Below, piece after piece: positions 20,837 through 29,546 of a stretch of DNA of 64,000 bases. This DNA comes from Bacteriovoracaceae bacterium (GTDB taxonomy: Bacteria > Bdellovibrionota > Bacteriovoracia > Bacteriovoracales > Bacteriovoracaceae). How positions within the stretch are numbered: the stretch's first letter is position 1; every line of letters begins with the position of its first letter. The notes beneath the pieces were generated by a model. The model ran no database searches. It had not been told where the DNA came from and saw only the letters and a program-made list of their open reading frames with translations. The stretch lies in NCBI GenBank assembly GCA_965217035.1, contig OZ244226.1, forward strand, positions 62,001-126,000, read 5' to 3'. Position numbers and translations under genes: made by a program.

Positions 20837-22192
20837 ATGAAATTGACATACTTATTGTTCGCTGGTCTGTTGTCAAACGCTATTTTTTCGCAAATGGTCT
20901 TCTCTCAAGACGATTTTGCTAAGTGGAAGAAGTTTCAATACCGAAAATCTATAGAGAACTTATTAAACAACATTTCTAGGCCAGACACACCAAAAGGTTT
21001 TGTCATCGCCGCACCATCAAAGAGCCGTCCGAACTATTATTATCATTGGGTAAGAGATGCGGCCCTTGTCATGGAAACCATTAGAGAAGCGTTTCCATTC
21101 GAAAAATATGCTCCTATGTTCCGTGACTACGTTAAGCTTGTTGATCACTTTCAAAAAGTTGATAAGCTGACGGGGCAAGGTGAAGTTAAATTTAACCCTG
21201 ATGGATCAAGCTTTAAGGGACCTTGGGGGAGACCACAAAATGATGGTCCAGCTCTAAGAGTCATTGCTATTTCTCAATTTGCCGAAACTCTTTTAAAGAA
21301 AGGCAAAGAAAAATATGTAAGAACTATGCTTTATGGTGGAAAAATTCCTGCTCAAACAGTTTTAAAGAGAGATCTTGAGTATGTTGCTCATCATTGGCGT
21401 GATCATGACTTTGATCTCTGGGAAGAAGTTAAAGGTCATCATTTTTTCACTCGAATGGCCCAGAGGTCAGCGCTTCTTAGAGGAGCTAAGCTGGCTAAAA
21501 AGCTTGGAGACGGCGCAGCTGCTGATTATTATCGTAAAGAAGCTAAGAAAATTGGCTCAGAGCTAGAAAAACATTGGTCTGAAGCTAAAGGGTATATTAT
21601 TACAACGAGAAACTTCGTTGGTGGTCACGATTATAAAGCTTCTAACTTAGATGCTTCAGTTATCCTTGCTGCTAACCATTCAGGTTTAAGAGGACTTCCA
21701 TTTAGTGTTCTCGATGATAGAATTATGGCAACAGCTGGTAAACTTATTTCTGCTTTCAAAAAAATCTATCCAATTAATGATAATGCCGTCGGAATTGCGA
21801 TTGGAAGATATCCTGAAGATAGATACTTTGGGGGCCATCCTTGGTTTCTTTTAACTGCTGCTATGGCGGAATATTTTGATAAAGTCGCTGATGAGATTAA
21901 AAGAACGAAAAAAGTTGTTGTGACTAAATGGAATAAGAAATTTTTAAGCCAAGTTACTGGTATTGATTTTAATAAAGTGGGTGTGTACAAAAATCAAAAA
22001 CGTGTTCTTCAAGTCATTAAAAAGTTTAGAGAACATAGTAATAATTTCCTTAAGAAAATTAAGAAACATGCTGGGCGTGATGGTCAACTTGATGAGCAAT
22101 TTGATAAAAATAATGGTTACATGAAAAGCGCAAGGCACCTTACTTGGAGTTATGCTGCTTTTATCGCTGCTATCAACGAAATCAAAAACTAA
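20837..22192 (+). CDS. Secreted GH15 glucoamylase
   Basis: YYYHWVRDAA, WGRPQNDGPALR, DLWEEV, GRYPEDRY, LDEQFD, LTWSYAAF; signal peptide. Confidence 0.93.
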   Translation: MKLTYLLFAGLLSNAIFSQMVFSQDDFAKWKKFQYRKSIENLLNNISRPDTPKGFVIAAPSKSRPNYYYHWVRDAALVMETIREAFPFEKYAPMFRDYVKLVDHFQKVDKLTGQGEVKFNPDGSSFKGPWGRPQNDGPALRVIAISQFAETLLKKGKEKYVRTMLYGGKIPAQTVLKRDLEYVAHHWRDHDFDLWEEVKGHHFFTRMAQRSALLRGAKLAKKLGDGAAADYYRKEAKKIGSELEKHWSEAKGYIITTRNFVGGHDYKASNLDASVILAANHSGLRGLPFSVLDDRIMATAGKLISAFKKIYPINDNAVGIAIGRYPEDRYFGGHPWFLLTAAMAEYFDKVADEIKRTKKVVVTKWNKKFLSQVTGIDFNKVGVYKNQKRVLQVIKKFREHSNNFLKKIKKHAGRDGQLDEQFDKNNGYMKSARHLTWSYAAFIAAINEIKN

Positions 22193-22216
22193 AATATTTT
22201 TTAATTTATAAGTTTT

Positions 22217-22245
22217 AAAAGGCCCTCTTAGGAGGGCCTTTTTTT
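22217..22245. terminator. Bidirectional rho-independent terminator
   Basis: AAAAGGCCCTC-TTAG-GAGGGCCTTTTTTT between convergent GH15 and acs. Confidence 0.85.
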
Positions 22246-24136
22246 ATTGTGCGCCTTTAACGATTGAATCAACGACTGTTGGATCAAGAAGAGTTGAAGT
22301 ATCTCCCAATTTATCAGGTTGCCCTTCAGCAACCTTACGAAGGATTCTTCGCATGATTTTTCCTGATCTTGTCTTAGGAAGACCAGTGACCACTTGAATC
22401 TTATCAGGCTTCGCAATCGGACCAATGACTTTTGTGACTTGATCTCTTACTGATTTTGAAAAAGTTTCGAGGTCATTCGGAGTGTTATGACAAATAACAT
22501 ACGCGTAGATTCCTTGACCCTTAATATCATGAGGGTAACCAACAACAGCAGTCTCCACAACATCTTCTAGAGTATCAATGGCGTCTTCAACTTCAGCAGT
22601 TCCGATTCTATGTCCTGAAACATTGATGACATCATCAACTCGGCCAGTAATTCTATAATTCCCATTCGTATCTCTATAACAGCCATCACCTGTAAAATAC
22701 TTTCCAGGATATGTTGAGAAATAAACTTGTTTAAATCTTTCGTGATCTCCCCAGACTGTTCGCGATTGACCTGGCCAAGATCCCGTTATACAGAGATTTC
22801 CACTAACATTATTACCTTCGATTAAAGTTCCTTTATCATCAACTAAAACAGGAGCAACTCCAGGCAGAGGAGTTGTCGCATAAGTTGGAATACATTCTCC
22901 AATTCCCGCCAATGTTGAAATCATGATTCCACCAGTTTCTGTCTGCCACCAAGTATCAACGATAGGGCAATTTTTCTTTCCAACTTTTTCGTTATACCAA
23001 ATCCAAGCTTCTTCATTGATTGGTTCACCAACACTTCCAAGAACTTTTAATGTCGAAAGGTTTGCATCCTCAACAAGTTTAGTATCGCAGGCCATAAGTG
23101 CTCGAATAGCTGTAGGTGCGGTATAGAAGTGGGTTATTTTAAGTTTATCAACAATTTGCCAAAATCTCCCGGCATCTGGCCATGTTGGAACACCTTCGAA
23201 CATAACTGTTGTTGCACCATTAAGAAGGGGGCCATAAGTGATATAGCTATGGCCTGTAATCCATCCGATATCTGCCGTACACCAATAGATGTCGTCTTCA
23301 TCGGTCTGGAAAACATTTTGAAAAGTATAAGCAGACCAAACCATATATCCTGCAGTCGTATGCATAAGACCTTTTGGTTTTCCAGTAGATCCGGATGTAT
23401 AAAGAATAAACAATGGATCTTCTGCATCCATGACTTCAGCAGGGCAGTTAGTAGAGGTTTGATCATACAGATCATGCCACCAATGATCTCTTTCTTCTTT
23501 CATATTAATATTAGATTCAATTCTTTTATGAACGATGACGTTTTTGATAGTTGGGCAAGTTTTTAAAGCTTCATCTGCAATATCTTTTAGTCCGATTGTT
23601 TTTGCTCCTCTGAAGCTCCCATCATTTGTAATGAGGATTGAACAATCACAATCATTAATTCTGTCTGCTAGAGATTGGGCACTGAATCCGCCAAAAACAA
23701 CAGAGTGAATTGCCCCGATTCGAGCACAAGCAAGGACGCTGAATAAAAGTTCAGGAACCATCCCCATGTAAAGACAAACTCGATCCCCTTTTTTAACGCC
23801 GAGACTTTTCAACATATTGGCCGTTTTACAAACAGCTTCATGAAGCTCTTTATAAGTGTAATGAGTTGTTGGACTCTTAGGATCGTTTGCTTCAAAGCTT
23901 AGGGCGGTTTTATTGCCACGAGTTTCTAAGTGACGATCGAGACAATTTTCAGTGATATTAAGTTTGGCGTTAGTGAACCATTTAAAATCAAGATTATTAA
24001 AATCTCCGGTATGGACTTGATCCCATTTCTGATGCCATTGAAAATTTTCGGCAATCTCTCCCCAAAATGTCTCTTTGTCTTCAAGGGCATTATTATAAGA
24101 CTGTTGATAGTCAGCCTTGGATTTAATGCGATACAT
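22244..24136 (-). CDS. acs: Acetyl-CoA synthetase
   Basis: YTSGSTGKPKG, CTADIGWITGHSY, DTWWQTETGG, PKTRSGKIMRR. Confidence 0.97.
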   Translation of the reverse strand: MYRIKSKADYQQSYNNALEDKETFWGEIAENFQWHQKWDQVHTGDFNNLDFKWFTNAKLNITENCLDRHLETRGNKTALSFEANDPKSPTTHYTYKELHEAVCKTANMLKSLGVKKGDRVCLYMGMVPELLFSVLACARIGAIHSVVFGGFSAQSLADRINDCDCSILITNDGSFRGAKTIGLKDIADEALKTCPTIKNVIVHKRIESNINMKEERDHWWHDLYDQTSTNCPAEVMDAEDPLFILYTSGSTGKPKGLMHTTAGYMVWSAYTFQNVFQTDEDDIYWCTADIGWITGHSYITYGPLLNGATTVMFEGVPTWPDAGRFWQIVDKLKITHFYTAPTAIRALMACDTKLVEDANLSTLKVLGSVGEPINEEAWIWYNEKVGKKNCPIVDTWWQTETGGIMISTLAGIGECIPTYATTPLPGVAPVLVDDKGTLIEGNNVSGNLCITGSWPGQSRTVWGDHERFKQVYFSTYPGKYFTGDGCYRDTNGNYRITGRVDDVINVSGHRIGTAEVEDAIDTLEDVVETAVVGYPHDIKGQGIYAYVICHNTPNDLETFSKSVRDQVTKVIGPIAKPDKIQVVTGLPKTRSGKIMRRILRKVAEGQPDKLGDTSTLLDPTVVDSIVKGAQ

Positions 24137-24229
24137 AAAGATCTCCTTAAAAAGATGTCATTATAATAGGCTTACTATAAAGGGATTTGGATATCAATTA
24201 TAGGGGAGGCAATCGGTTCTTGGAAAGGC

Positions 24230-24937
24230 TTACCACCAGGTTCCACCTAGATTAAATCCTATTGCTCGAGTTGTTTGATTAGTTGTGTCACTTTCAAATG
24301 AACGGCTATTATAAAAGAAATAAACGAAAAAAGAGTTATGCCGTCGGCGATGCCTTTCGATACCGATTTTCACTGTATAATCATACTTCATTTTATAATC
24401 AAGCTCGAACCCTTCTGTAATACCTGTTCCGAATTCTATCCCATAAGTATTCGACCAATTTTCGGAGCTGAGAACACGCCATTCGATATCAGCAAATCCT
24501 GCAATATAAGCTTCCTCTTCAAGTTCAACTTGAGAAAGAGAGATTCGATCAACAAGAGCTTCTTCCCAATAAAGAAGTCTAAAAGTTGCAGAGAAATCGG
24601 GATAGAGCCAACCTGTTCTAAGTCCGGCAGATAAGGGGCGAAGTTTTCTATTCGTAAAATTCAATGTTTCTTGATCTTTAAAAGAAATAGTAGATAAAGA
24701 AAAATCTGGACCTATAAAAAAAGCTCTATCAATATTAAAAAGATAATGAACATTCCAGCGATAATTATTATCAGAAACTTTTTTTGTATTAAGTCCGTTT
24801 ACGAAGTCTTCGGCTTCGATAGTTGATTGATACCAAGTGAAACTAACATGAAATTTTTCATAGGCCGATACAATATTAAAATTCGACTTTTGTGCGAACG
24901 CTGGCAGAGTGAATAGCAATAAAAGTAAAAGTCTCAT
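24230..24937 (-). CDS. Putative outer-membrane beta-barrel protein
   Basis: Probable start ATG 24937 (MRLLLLLLFTLPAFA signal peptide), amphipathic strands, C-terminus FNLGGTWW. Confidence 0.6.
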   Translation of the reverse strand: MRLLLLLLFTLPAFAQKSNFNIVSAYEKFHVSFTWYQSTIEAEDFVNGLNTKKVSDNNYRWNVHYLFNIDRAFFIGPDFSLSTISFKDQETLNFTNRKLRPLSAGLRTGWLYPDFSATFRLLYWEEALVDRISLSQVELEEEAYIAGFADIEWRVLSSENWSNTYGIEFGTGITEGFELDYKMKYDYTVKIGIERHRRRHNSFFVYFFYNSRSFESDTTNQTTRAIGFNLGGTWW

Positions 24938-24959
24938 CCTTGACCTTTGTTTCCTTGTC

Positions 24960-26510
24960 TTAGAATCCCCATTTCCCTTGGGAGAATTGATGAATATTAG
25001 TAATTGTAGCGGCATCAGGAGGATCATTAAAGAGCATTAATTCTAAAACACTTCCTGAAAAGTAATTTCCATTTCCTGACGAAACTCCCGACTCAAAAAC
25101 GGTTGTATTGTTTTTGCACCCGAGACCAATTGCTCCACTGTGAGCAAATAATCTGCTTGTTGTTGTTTGAGTTGTTCCTATTTGTGCTCCATTAACATAG
25201 CATCGAAGTGCTCCATCGGGCCCTGTAGGTCCTGCATAGTTTGTGTAATCAAATACCCAAGTGACAACATATCTAGAATTTGGAGCAACTATCGTGTCTA
25301 CAGATACAAATGGTTGAGAACCATCACCATCATTTGGTGTATTATAAAAGCCACAATGAAGTCGATTATTGGCAATGTAGATATTCATTCCTCTGACATT
25401 CCCTCCTTCTTCGTAAACAACTTGTCTTGAAGAGATATCCCCAGAGGTTTCAAACACAACTGTTAAATTTCTCTGATTAACTGTCGCTAAGTTCAGATCG
25501 GCATGGTTACTAGGAGCTAAGCACATATTTCCACCAGAGTAATCAATGGCATTTTGAGGAATATCAAAAACAGGTCTTTGATTAAAGTCTCTAAAGTTGT
25601 GTACATTTACAGAACCTGAAAGATCATTGACTTGATCTATGTTTCCAGTGAATAAACCATCTGTCGCATTTCTTCCGTTTTCATCAATAACAGATATGTT
25701 TTCTGCTGGATTTAACCACGCGACCATATTTGGTAAATCTCTTGGATCAAAGCCAAAGTACCAAGGACCATAAGTAGGATGAGATTGTTCAGTGTACTGA
25801 CCAGATTCATCGACGGCCCGAACAGTTGAAAAATATTGAACTCCAACTTGAAAAGTTAAGCCGGCATCGACTCCATCAATACCTGCTTGTACTCTGTAGG
25901 AACTAACACTTCCAATATTTGTAAAAGGAACAATATCACTTGCTCCAAGTGACGTTCCTATTGCATACTCGTAATGAACTCCAGTAACTCCTCCACAATT
26001 ATCAGAAGTTGGAGTCCAAGTTGTGGTGGGACCAACATTGAAAATCGCATCATCGGCCGTAACATCAATTTCTGTTCCGAACGGTGGAGGAGTGCTATCA
26101 CTTATTAATCCATTGGATTCACTTAAAACTTGAACTGGAAAACCTGTGATATCAACACTTCTAATTGTCGCATAAACTGTCGTGCATTCTGTGATATTAA
26201 GGTTTTCAAAGATGTGAGCATTATAACTATCTGATGCCTGCCAATTAACAACATTAGTTTCTCCTGGAGATGTTCCAAGTGCCACTTCATAACCAGCAAT
26301 GAAGTCAGTAGAAACTGTTGTCCATCTCAATGTTGGAGAGTCAAAAGGAGGAGGAGAAGGGGCGAAGTTAGAATCCCAGAGTAGATCTCGTGTTGAATTT
26401 GGTTCAACTCCGTCGGCGGTTGAATTTCCATCATCGGTTAAACTATTCCGACAGCCTTGAAAAAGGTTGAATGAAAGTATGATGAATCCAAATCTTAACC
26501 AATTCTTCAT
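24960..26510 (-). CDS. Lipoprotein with FN3-like domains and a C-terminal LamG/ConA-like domain
   Basis: Lipobox FQGC; repeated YEVALGTSPG / YEYAIGTSLG; VAWLN...DLSG, YVNG, FSGSVLELMLFN...KWG LamG pattern. Confidence 0.72.
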   Translation of the reverse strand: MKNWLRFGFIILSFNLFQGCRNSLTDDGNSTADGVEPNSTRDLLWDSNFAPSPPPFDSPTLRWTTVSTDFIAGYEVALGTSPGETNVVNWQASDSYNAHIFENLNITECTTVYATIRSVDITGFPVQVLSESNGLISDSTPPPFGTEIDVTADDAIFNVGPTTTWTPTSDNCGGVTGVHYEYAIGTSLGASDIVPFTNIGSVSSYRVQAGIDGVDAGLTFQVGVQYFSTVRAVDESGQYTEQSHPTYGPWYFGFDPRDLPNMVAWLNPAENISVIDENGRNATDGLFTGNIDQVNDLSGSVNVHNFRDFNQRPVFDIPQNAIDYSGGNMCLAPSNHADLNLATVNQRNLTVVFETSGDISSRQVVYEEGGNVRGMNIYIANNRLHCGFYNTPNDGDGSQPFVSVDTIVAPNSRYVVTWVFDYTNYAGPTGPDGALRCYVNGAQIGTTQTTTSRLFAHSGAIGLGCKNNTTVFESGVSSGNGNYFSGSVLELMLFNDPPDAATITNIHQFSQGKWGF

Positions 26511-26745
26511 GTTATCATTATAATTCGAGACCCATTTCTCAACCTTTTATACCCTTAAGTGACGACTCATTTGATAGCTCATAATTATTTGCCAATTCTA
26601 AATGGCAGATTTTTGAGCTATCTCTAGATTTCTTATCGGGTATGTGATTTCGAGTCCTTAAAGAGATCTGAACATGGCAAAATAATCCCTTGCTAGGTGC
26701 TCTAAGTCCTTGATACTTTAAAGAGAACTCTAACAAGGATAAATT

Positions 26746-27222
26746 TTGGAAATTTCAGAGAATAGCGTCGTTTCATTTGATTTCATACTTAAGGACAAAG
26801 ATGGTCAGGTATTGGACTCATCTGAGCAAGATGGACCGCTTGTTTATCTTCATGGGGCTGGACAGTTGGTCCCGGGGTTAGAAAACGGACTTATGGGGAA
26901 AAAAATTGGTGATCGCTTTGATGTAACGCTTGCTCCAGCTGATGCCTATGGCGATAGAAATGATGAACTGATACAAAAAGTTCCAAAATCTGAATTTCAA
27001 AGCCCTGATGAATTACAAATTGGAATGCAATTTGAAGTCCCTTCAGAGGGAGGTGCTGTACTTTTGACTATTACGGCGATTGAAGGCGATGATGTGATTG
27101 TTGATGGGAATCATCCTTTAGCTGGCGAAACCCTGCATTTTAATATTACAGTCACAGAAGTTAGAGCTGCGACCGAAGAAGAGATTACTCATGGACATGC
27201 CCAAGATGGAGATACTCAATAA
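26746..27222 (+). CDS. slyD: FKBP-type peptidyl-prolyl isomerase SlyD
   Basis: PLVYLHGAGQLVPGLE, AYG, VDGNHPLAGETLHF, VRAATEEEITHGH; TTG start. Confidence 0.93.
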   Translation: MEISENSVVSFDFILKDKDGQVLDSSEQDGPLVYLHGAGQLVPGLENGLMGKKIGDRFDVTLAPADAYGDRNDELIQKVPKSEFQSPDELQIGMQFEVPSEGGAVLLTITAIEGDDVIVDGNHPLAGETLHFNITVTEVRAATEEEITHGHAQDGDTQ

Positions 27223-27320
27223 GAAAAGGTGAAGTCCTTTTTTCGGTTTAAGGGCTATTGAATTTTTCCGTTTGTTGCATTGGACAGTTTTGATCAATAT
27301 AATTAACTAGCGGAGGTTTC

Positions 27321-27512
27321 ATGAAACTACTGACTTTAATGGCTCTTCTTTTGTCTATTAACTTATTTGCTGACGAAGCTGAAGATATTCAAAAAGAAAA
27401 AGAAGTTGAGGCCATGTTAGCAGAACTTGAAGAGGCTGATTATAATGATACTGAAGTTATAAAGTCTCTTAATCAATCGGGCAAACGAATGCCTGCAAGC
27501 GTTGAAGAATAA
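27321..27512 (+). CDS. Small acidic secreted protein
   Basis: GGAGG RBS, signal peptide ending LFA, R-x-P-A-S motif (RMPAS) common in Bdellovibrionota exported proteins. Confidence 0.6.
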   Translation: MKLLTLMALLLSINLFADEAEDIQKEKEVEAMLAELEEADYNDTEVIKSLNQSGKRMPASVEE

Positions 27513-27602
27513 GCAATCCAAGATCTTTAATATCAGACTTTTGAAAAGTTCCTGACAAAATCCTTTTATTTTGTGAGTTCATTGCTGGTGTTTATGTCGT
27601 AG

Positions 27603-27794
27603 TTATTCTTTATAAGAAAAGTATTCACAAAGTTTAAGCCATTGACTGACCTTTAATTCTCGCTCACCTGCTTCTATTTTTGAAAGATTGGCTTGAGAAA
27701 TTCCTAAAATAGATGCGAGTTCTGATTGAGTCAGTTTATTCTCTTTTCTGATTTCTTTTATAATTTGAGCAATTTCTTTAATCGTTTTCATCAA
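27603..27794 (-). CDS. XRE/Cro-type helix-turn-helix protein
   Basis: IKEIRKENKLTQSELASILGISQANLSKIEAG. Confidence 0.85.
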   Translation of the reverse strand: MMKTIKEIAQIIKEIRKENKLTQSELASILGISQANLSKIEAGERELKVSQWLKLCEYFSYKE

Positions 27795-28053
27795 TCTTTT
27801 TTATAAAAACTTCATATCTACCGCTGATTAAAGGTTCTTTTTTTGTTCTTTCTTGAAAAAGAAGCTCATCAAGTGTGATGTCAAAATAATCAGCAAGTCT
27901 TTTAAGCTTAATAAGACTTTGCGGTTGACGATTTTCGGTCCATGCGTAGAGAGTAGAATAGGGGATATTAGTTTCTAGGCTAACTTGTTTAAGCTCGATA
28001 CCCTTCTGGGCCAGGAGTGTTCTAAATCTCTCACCAATTTGAAGTTTATCCAT
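27778..28053 (-). CDS. XRE-type helix-turn-helix protein
   Basis: LKQVSLETNIPYSTLYAW...LADYFDITLDELLF. Confidence 0.85.
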   Translation of the reverse strand: MDKLQIGERFRTLLAQKGIELKQVSLETNIPYSTLYAWTENRQPQSLIKLKRLADYFDITLDELLFQERTKKEPLISGRYEVFIKKIDEND

Positions 28054-28586
28054 ACTATTCTATATGGAATAGTTTTCTAAACTTGTAACCCGATTTCTCG
28101 TCAGCGAGAAATCTTTTTCGTTCGCGAAAAATTAATGAGTTAAAGACAAAAAAAGATATGAAAGAATTCGAGGACTCTCTTTTAAAATCCAAGCTTGAGA
28201 TGCAATAATCTTTATCCATAAAATTAATTTTTTTCTTATTAAGGGCTATTGATGTTTTACGGCTTCGTATCAAAGTCGCAACCAAATATAAACACAAAAC
28301 AATCGAATCTCTCGATTAAGATCTTCGTTTTTTATAGTTGAATTTTTTTTCGGTATGACTGGAGTTGATCCAGTTTCTTCCGAAATCTATCTGATGTACT
28401 TAGTGTGTTGTCGTCTTTATCAGTAATGGCATTTTAATTAGTTCAGTGATTATTTGAACATCATGAACTTGCCCTTCTCAAAAAAGATAACTTGATTCTA
28501 GAATATAATTTCAATTACTCATCTCGACTTTCTTATATTATCGAATTTTCGAAAGCTGCTACCGACTATATAAATGAAAATTCTAA

Positions 28587-28883
28587 CGATTTTTTTCTCA
28601 AGAACCTGTTTTCCAAAATGCATCAGGTTTGTCGATTGATCATGATAACTTCTGCTATTGGATCTTTAAGCATTACCCTGCTACTTTTGGGCTTGAAGGT
28701 TTTCGCTTTCATGATCTTAGGCATACGGCCATTACAAGACTGGTGAGAGAGGGAGTCAGCCCTTGGGTGATCGAATCAATTACAGGGCATAAGAACATCA
28801 AGACAACGATGAGATATGTCCACGTTGTTGGAAAAGATGTGAGCAATGTTGGTGAACTTTTAAGTGAAGAAATCAAAATGTAG
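28587..28883 (+). pseudogene. C-terminal fragment of a phage-type tyrosine integrase
   Basis: EPVFQNASG..., FRFHDLRHT, GHKNIKTTMRYVH; in-frame stop at 28584-86 and no N-terminal domains. Confidence 0.85.
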
Positions 28884-28952
28884 TCATTTTTTTTAAATCA
28901 AATTTTGAAGTTTCTAAACGTCGTTGTAAGTTTTTGAATTTAAAGAGAAAAA

Positions 28953-29028
28953 TGGAGCGGAGGACGAGATTCGAACTCGCGACCTTCTGCATGGCAAGCA
29001 GACGCACTACCAACTGTGCTACCCCCGC
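28953..29028 (-). tRNA. tRNA-Gly(GCC)
   Basis: 76 nt GCGGGGGTAGCACAGTTGGTAGTGCGTCTGCTTGCCATGCAGAAGGTCGCGAGTTCGAATCTCGTCCTCCGCTCCA; cloverleaf, GCC anticodon, U73, encoded CCA. Confidence 0.95.
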
Positions 29029-29110
29029 TAATTTCAAGCTGATAACTTGAAAAATTATCGGAAATAGCACTCTCAGTCAAGCTTTAAGAGGGATTTATTT
29101 AGGAGCTCTT

Positions 29111-29368
29111 ATGGCAAAAAGATTCACAGACACACTGACTTACGACAAGAAATGGTTTCGAAAATTAGGGCCTAAATTCGAATGTTTATGGGATTAGGTG
29201 CTAAAAAAATGCGATCATGCAGGGACTCTAGAGTTTGATTCAGAGCTAGCTTCTTTTCAGGTAGGAGCTGAGATTTCTGACAGCGACCTTGATTGTTTCG
29301 AAGGAAGAATTATTCATCTTAGAAATAATAAATATTTTTCTGTATCCGAAAAACTTTGGTCGATGTAA
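29111..29368 (+). pseudogene. Truncated phage replication-initiator-like gene with an internal amber stop
   Basis: AGGAG RBS; MAKRFTDT..DKKWFRKL...LWD*VLKKCDHAG..EFDSELASFQVG resembles the N-terminus of phage replication proteins (recognised by eye); TAG at 29195-97. Confidence 0.65.
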
Positions 29369-29397
29369 TCGCTGATGTTTCGAGAAGTGATTTTTGT

Positions 29398-29499
29398 CAT
29401 GGCCTTAACGATCGGGGCACGGGCAAATACTTTGATGTATTAATCTATGATGACATCGTGACATTAAATTTGGTGACAACCAGTGAGCAGATCAAAAAA
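29398..29499 (+). pseudogene. Fragment resembling a phage terminase large subunit (Walker B region)
   Basis: HGL.D..TGKYFDVLIYDDIVT...VTTSEQIKK matches my recollection of the TerL pattern GL.DGQPT.KHF....YDD.VT...VTT.E.I.K. Confidence 0.55.
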
Positions 29500-29546
29500 C
29501 GACCTCATTGGGGAATTCACGGTTGCAGGGTGAATCAATTTCTAAG

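Noticed and set aside
27309..27316. AGCGGAGG matching part of the tRNA-Gly 3' end, as a possible att repeat
   Set aside because: Only 8 bp, and it coincides with the RBS of the 27321 gene.
28055..28746. ORFs 28055-28297 (-) and 28492-28746 (+)
   Set aside because: No recognisable motifs, low-complexity AT-rich sequence, and the second overlaps the integrase fragment out of frame.
28873..29070. 65-aa ORF on the minus strand
   Set aside because: It is a translation through the tRNA gene.
29195..29197. In-frame TAG as possible stop-codon recoding
   Set aside because: TAG terminates normal genes here (e.g. fni), the gene is truncated anyway, and there is no suppressor tRNA; simple decay is more likely.
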